Shown here piece by piece: positions 25,267-27,260 of a stretch of DNA of 27,260 bases (the stretch's first letter is position 1; each line of letters begins with the position of its first letter). The stretch is taken from positions 1 through 27,260 of IMG/VR virus record IMGVR_UViG_3300020159_001152; one strand, written 5' to 3'. Origin of the DNA: a virus. Its lineage: Duplodnaviria; Caudoviricetes. The translations under genes and the position numbers were made by a program. The notes under the pieces were generated by a model, which saw only the letters and a program-made list of their open reading frames with translations, made no database searches and was not told where the DNA came from.

Positions 25267-27051
25267 ATGGCTTATACAATTAATCTAACAAACGGCACAA
25301 CGTTTGCTACCATAACAGATGGTACTGTAAACACCGCCAGTTCGATGACGTTGGTTGGTAAGAATTATGCTGGATATGGCCAGTTTTTGGATGACAACTT
25401 TATCCACTTGTTGGAAAATTCAGCCAACACCACAGCACCGGCTGCGCCACTGACTGGACAGCTATGGTGGGATAGTACCAATACATTATTAAAAGTTTAT
25501 TCAGGCGTGACCTGGAAAGTAATAGGAGGTGCTACAGCATCAAGTTCGCAACCTAGTCCTAGTGTAGTCGGAGATTTGTGGTACGACACGTTAAATCAAC
25601 AACTTAAAGTGTGTTCTGTGGCAGGTTCTCCGGGTACATTTATTGTAGTTGGTCCTGCATATTCAAGCGCTCAAGGTCAATCTGGTGCTGTACCTCTTAC
25701 CATTGGTGATGGTGCTACAGGTTATGTTGTTACAGGTTTGTATGCTGCTAACAACTTGGTTGGTATTTTTAGCTCTGCTTCTGATTTTGTTCCAGCTGGC
25801 AACAGTTCAAGTTTTGCCACCGCATTTCCTAAGATTTACAACGGCTTTACAGTTTGGAATACTGGTAATGCTAGCGGCAACATTAGCAACCCGGGCAATA
25901 TTAATATGGCAGTTGCTGGTAACGTTATTAATACAGTGGCCAGTACAGGCGTGTACGTTACGGGATTAATCAGTGCTACTAGCAATGTAATTGGCGGCAA
26001 CATAATCACAGCTGGAATAATTTCTGCTACATCAACAATTACAAGCGCAGCAAATGTAATTGGCGGTAATATTACCACATCAGGATTGGTAACTGCAACT
26101 GGAAATATAATTGGCGGTAATATAATAACATCTGGCCTAGCCACAGTAACTGGCAATATCCAGGGAGGTAATTTACGAACTGCCGGCCTAATCAGCGCAA
26201 CAGGTAATATTACGGGTGGCAATATTTTATTTGGATCAGGTACAATTTCAGGTACAGGTAATATTACAAGTGGCAATATTTTATTTGGATCAGGTATTGT
26301 ATCTGGCATAGGTAATATTACGGGTGGCAATATTTTATTTGGATCAGGTATAATTTCAGGCACAGGTAATATTAGTGCTGGATACTTTGTGGGCAATGGC
26401 AGTCAGCTTACTGGATTAAGTGCGGCTATTAGCGTTACCAAAATTGAAAACGGTAGTTCAGAAGCCAATATTGGTGCTTCGGGCGGCAATTTAACCATTA
26501 GCATTGGCGGTACTTCTAATGTGGTGGTAGTATCTTCTAGTGGCGCGGTGGTGTCTGGATTAAGCACACCTAGTATTGAGAAAACTGGGACAAATGCCGT
26601 GGGCAACATCGGTTCAGCAAGCAGTTATTTTAACCGATTGTTTGCCACAGCTACCACAGCATTGTATGCTGACGTTGCAGAACGCTTTGCAGCCGATGAA
26701 GAACTAGCTCCTGGTACTGTGGTTGAGTTAGGCGGCACCGCCGAAATTACCAGATCCAAACAAGATTTGAGTGAAAATGTGTTTGGTGTTATAAGTACAC
26801 GAGCAGCTTACCTAATGAATGGTGGCGCCGGAGAAGATGACACGCACCCACCAGTTGCAATGACTGGCCGTGTTCCGGTGCAAGTAATTGGTGTAGTGCG
26901 CAAAGGTGACAGACTAGTATCAGCAGGTTCGGGCGTGGCTAGAGCAGCTAAACCTGGTGAAGCCACAGCATTCAACGTAATTGGACGAGCATTGGTTGAC
27001 AAACTCACCCCTGATCCAGGTACAATAGAAGCAATTGTGACTATAAAGTAA
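25267..27051 (+). CDS. Tail fibre/spike protein with GNI repeats and a C-terminal intramolecular chaperone (Peptidase G2-like)
   Basis: 594 aa. N-terminal 'LVGKNYAGYG...NFIHLLEN' and two 'P..G.LW.D....LKV' repeats. Central 17-18-aa 'GNI.GGNI...G..SAT' repeats. C-terminal 'YADVAERF...PGTVV..GG...FGVIST...PVAMTGRVPV.V.G.V.KGD.LVSA...G.A'. Confidence 0.8.
   Translation: MAYTINLTNGTTFATITDGTVNTASSMTLVGKNYAGYGQFLDDNFIHLLENSANTTAPAAPLTGQLWWDSTNTLLKVYSGVTWKVIGGATASSSQPSPSVVGDLWYDTLNQQLKVCSVAGSPGTFIVVGPAYSSAQGQSGAVPLTIGDGATGYVVTGLYAANNLVGIFSSASDFVPAGNSSSFATAFPKIYNGFTVWNTGNASGNISNPGNINMAVAGNVINTVASTGVYVTGLISATSNVIGGNIITAGIISATSTITSAANVIGGNITTSGLVTATGNIIGGNIITSGLATVTGNIQGGNLRTAGLISATGNITGGNILFGSGTISGTGNITSGNILFGSGIVSGIGNITGGNILFGSGIISGTGNISAGYFVGNGSQLTGLSAAISVTKIENGSSEANIGASGGNLTISIGGTSNVVVVSSSGAVVSGLSTPSIEKTGTNAVGNIGSASSYFNRLFATATTALYADVAERFAADEELAPGTVVELGGTAEITRSKQDLSENVFGVISTRAAYLMNGGAGEDDTHPPVAMTGRVPVQVIGVVRKGDRLVSAGSGVARAAKPGEATAFNVIGRALVDKLTPDPGTIEAIVTIK
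26203..26373 (+). repeat. Three near-identical 54-bp tandem repeats plus a 9-bp partial unit (GNITGGNILFGSGxxSGx)
   Basis: Units start at 26203, 26257 and 26311, with a partial unit at 26365. The core GTGGCAATATTTTATTTGGATCAGGTA is identical in all three full units. Confidence 0.95.
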
Positions 27052-27063
27052 TCGGAACAAAAA

Positions 27064-27260
27064 ATGACATATTCAGCAGGCGGATTAATTGAAGCAACAG
27101 ACTACAACGGGTTTGTAAACACAGGTGCCCAAAACATAAATGCTGTTTGGAGCACTGGAACAACCGATGGAGGCTGGGGACAGACCGCAATTAGTACTGT
27201 TAGTGCTGCTGGAACTGTTACTGCTACACAATGGGCCAGTTTGGTCAACACATTGACCAG
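27064..27260 (+). CDS. Putative tail fibre/structural protein, 3'-truncated by the window edge
   Basis: ATG 27064 follows GGAACAA, the same sequence seen before 25267. The frame is open to the window end: MTYSAGGLIEATDYNGFVNTGAQNINAVWSTGTTDGGWGQTAISTVSAAGTVTATQWASLVNTLT. Confidence 0.75.
   Translation, partial: MTYSAGGLIEATDYNGFVNTGAQNINAVWSTGTTDGGWGQTAISTVSAAGTVTATQWASLVNTLT

Noticed and set aside
26203-26373. CRISPR array or DGR template/variable repeat
   Set aside because: The units are contiguous, in-frame and coding with no unique spacers. The differences are not adenine-specific and no reverse transcriptase is present in the window.
25836-26396. 186-aa minus-strand ORF with PDPNKILPPVILP repeats
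   Set aside because: It is the antisense reading of the GNI repeats in the tail fibre, and its periodicity is fully explained by the + strand protein.
224-27008. Numerous short minus-strand and alternate-frame ORFs in the track (e.g. 2522-3016, 4532-4954, 22179-22577)
   Set aside because: They lie within long + strand genes, have no recognisable motifs or start signals, and are the expected shadows of biased codon usage.
1-27260. Bacterial eCIS, T6SS or tailocin locus instead of a phage
   Set aside because: T4-type TATAAATA/TAAATA late promoters, a T4-style gp25-gp6-giant wedge order and phage-type fibres point to a lytic myovirus. No T6SS membrane-complex or eCIS ATPase genes are seen, although capsid genes are outside the window.

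Overview
The window is a compact, entirely + strand block of structural genes from a large T4-superfamily (myovirus-type) phage, covering the baseplate and tail-fibre module. In order: a 5'-truncated putative baseplate hub (reading frame open from base 1, not from the ATG at 418), a gp5/VgrG-type OB-fold spike, an Ala/Gly-rich protein with a possible degenerate lysozyme-like segment, gp25, a long gp6, a 4930-aa mosaic baseplate/adhesin protein, a 52-aa ORF missing from the ORF track, a ~207-codon gene broken by one in-frame TAA, a repeat-rich tail fibre ending in an autocleaving chaperone-like domain, and the start of a further fibre-like gene. TAAATA T4-type late-promoter cores lie at 4 of the 6 non-overlapping gene junctions, and two are placed to give essentially leaderless mRNAs. 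I saw no RNA genes, CRISPR arrays, mobile elements, reverse transcriptase or inteins. The main oddities are the internal TAA at 25004-25006, the mini-ORF that copies the N-terminus of the next gene, and the nested-domain architecture of the giant protein. All family assignments come from recognising motifs by eye, with no database searches run.
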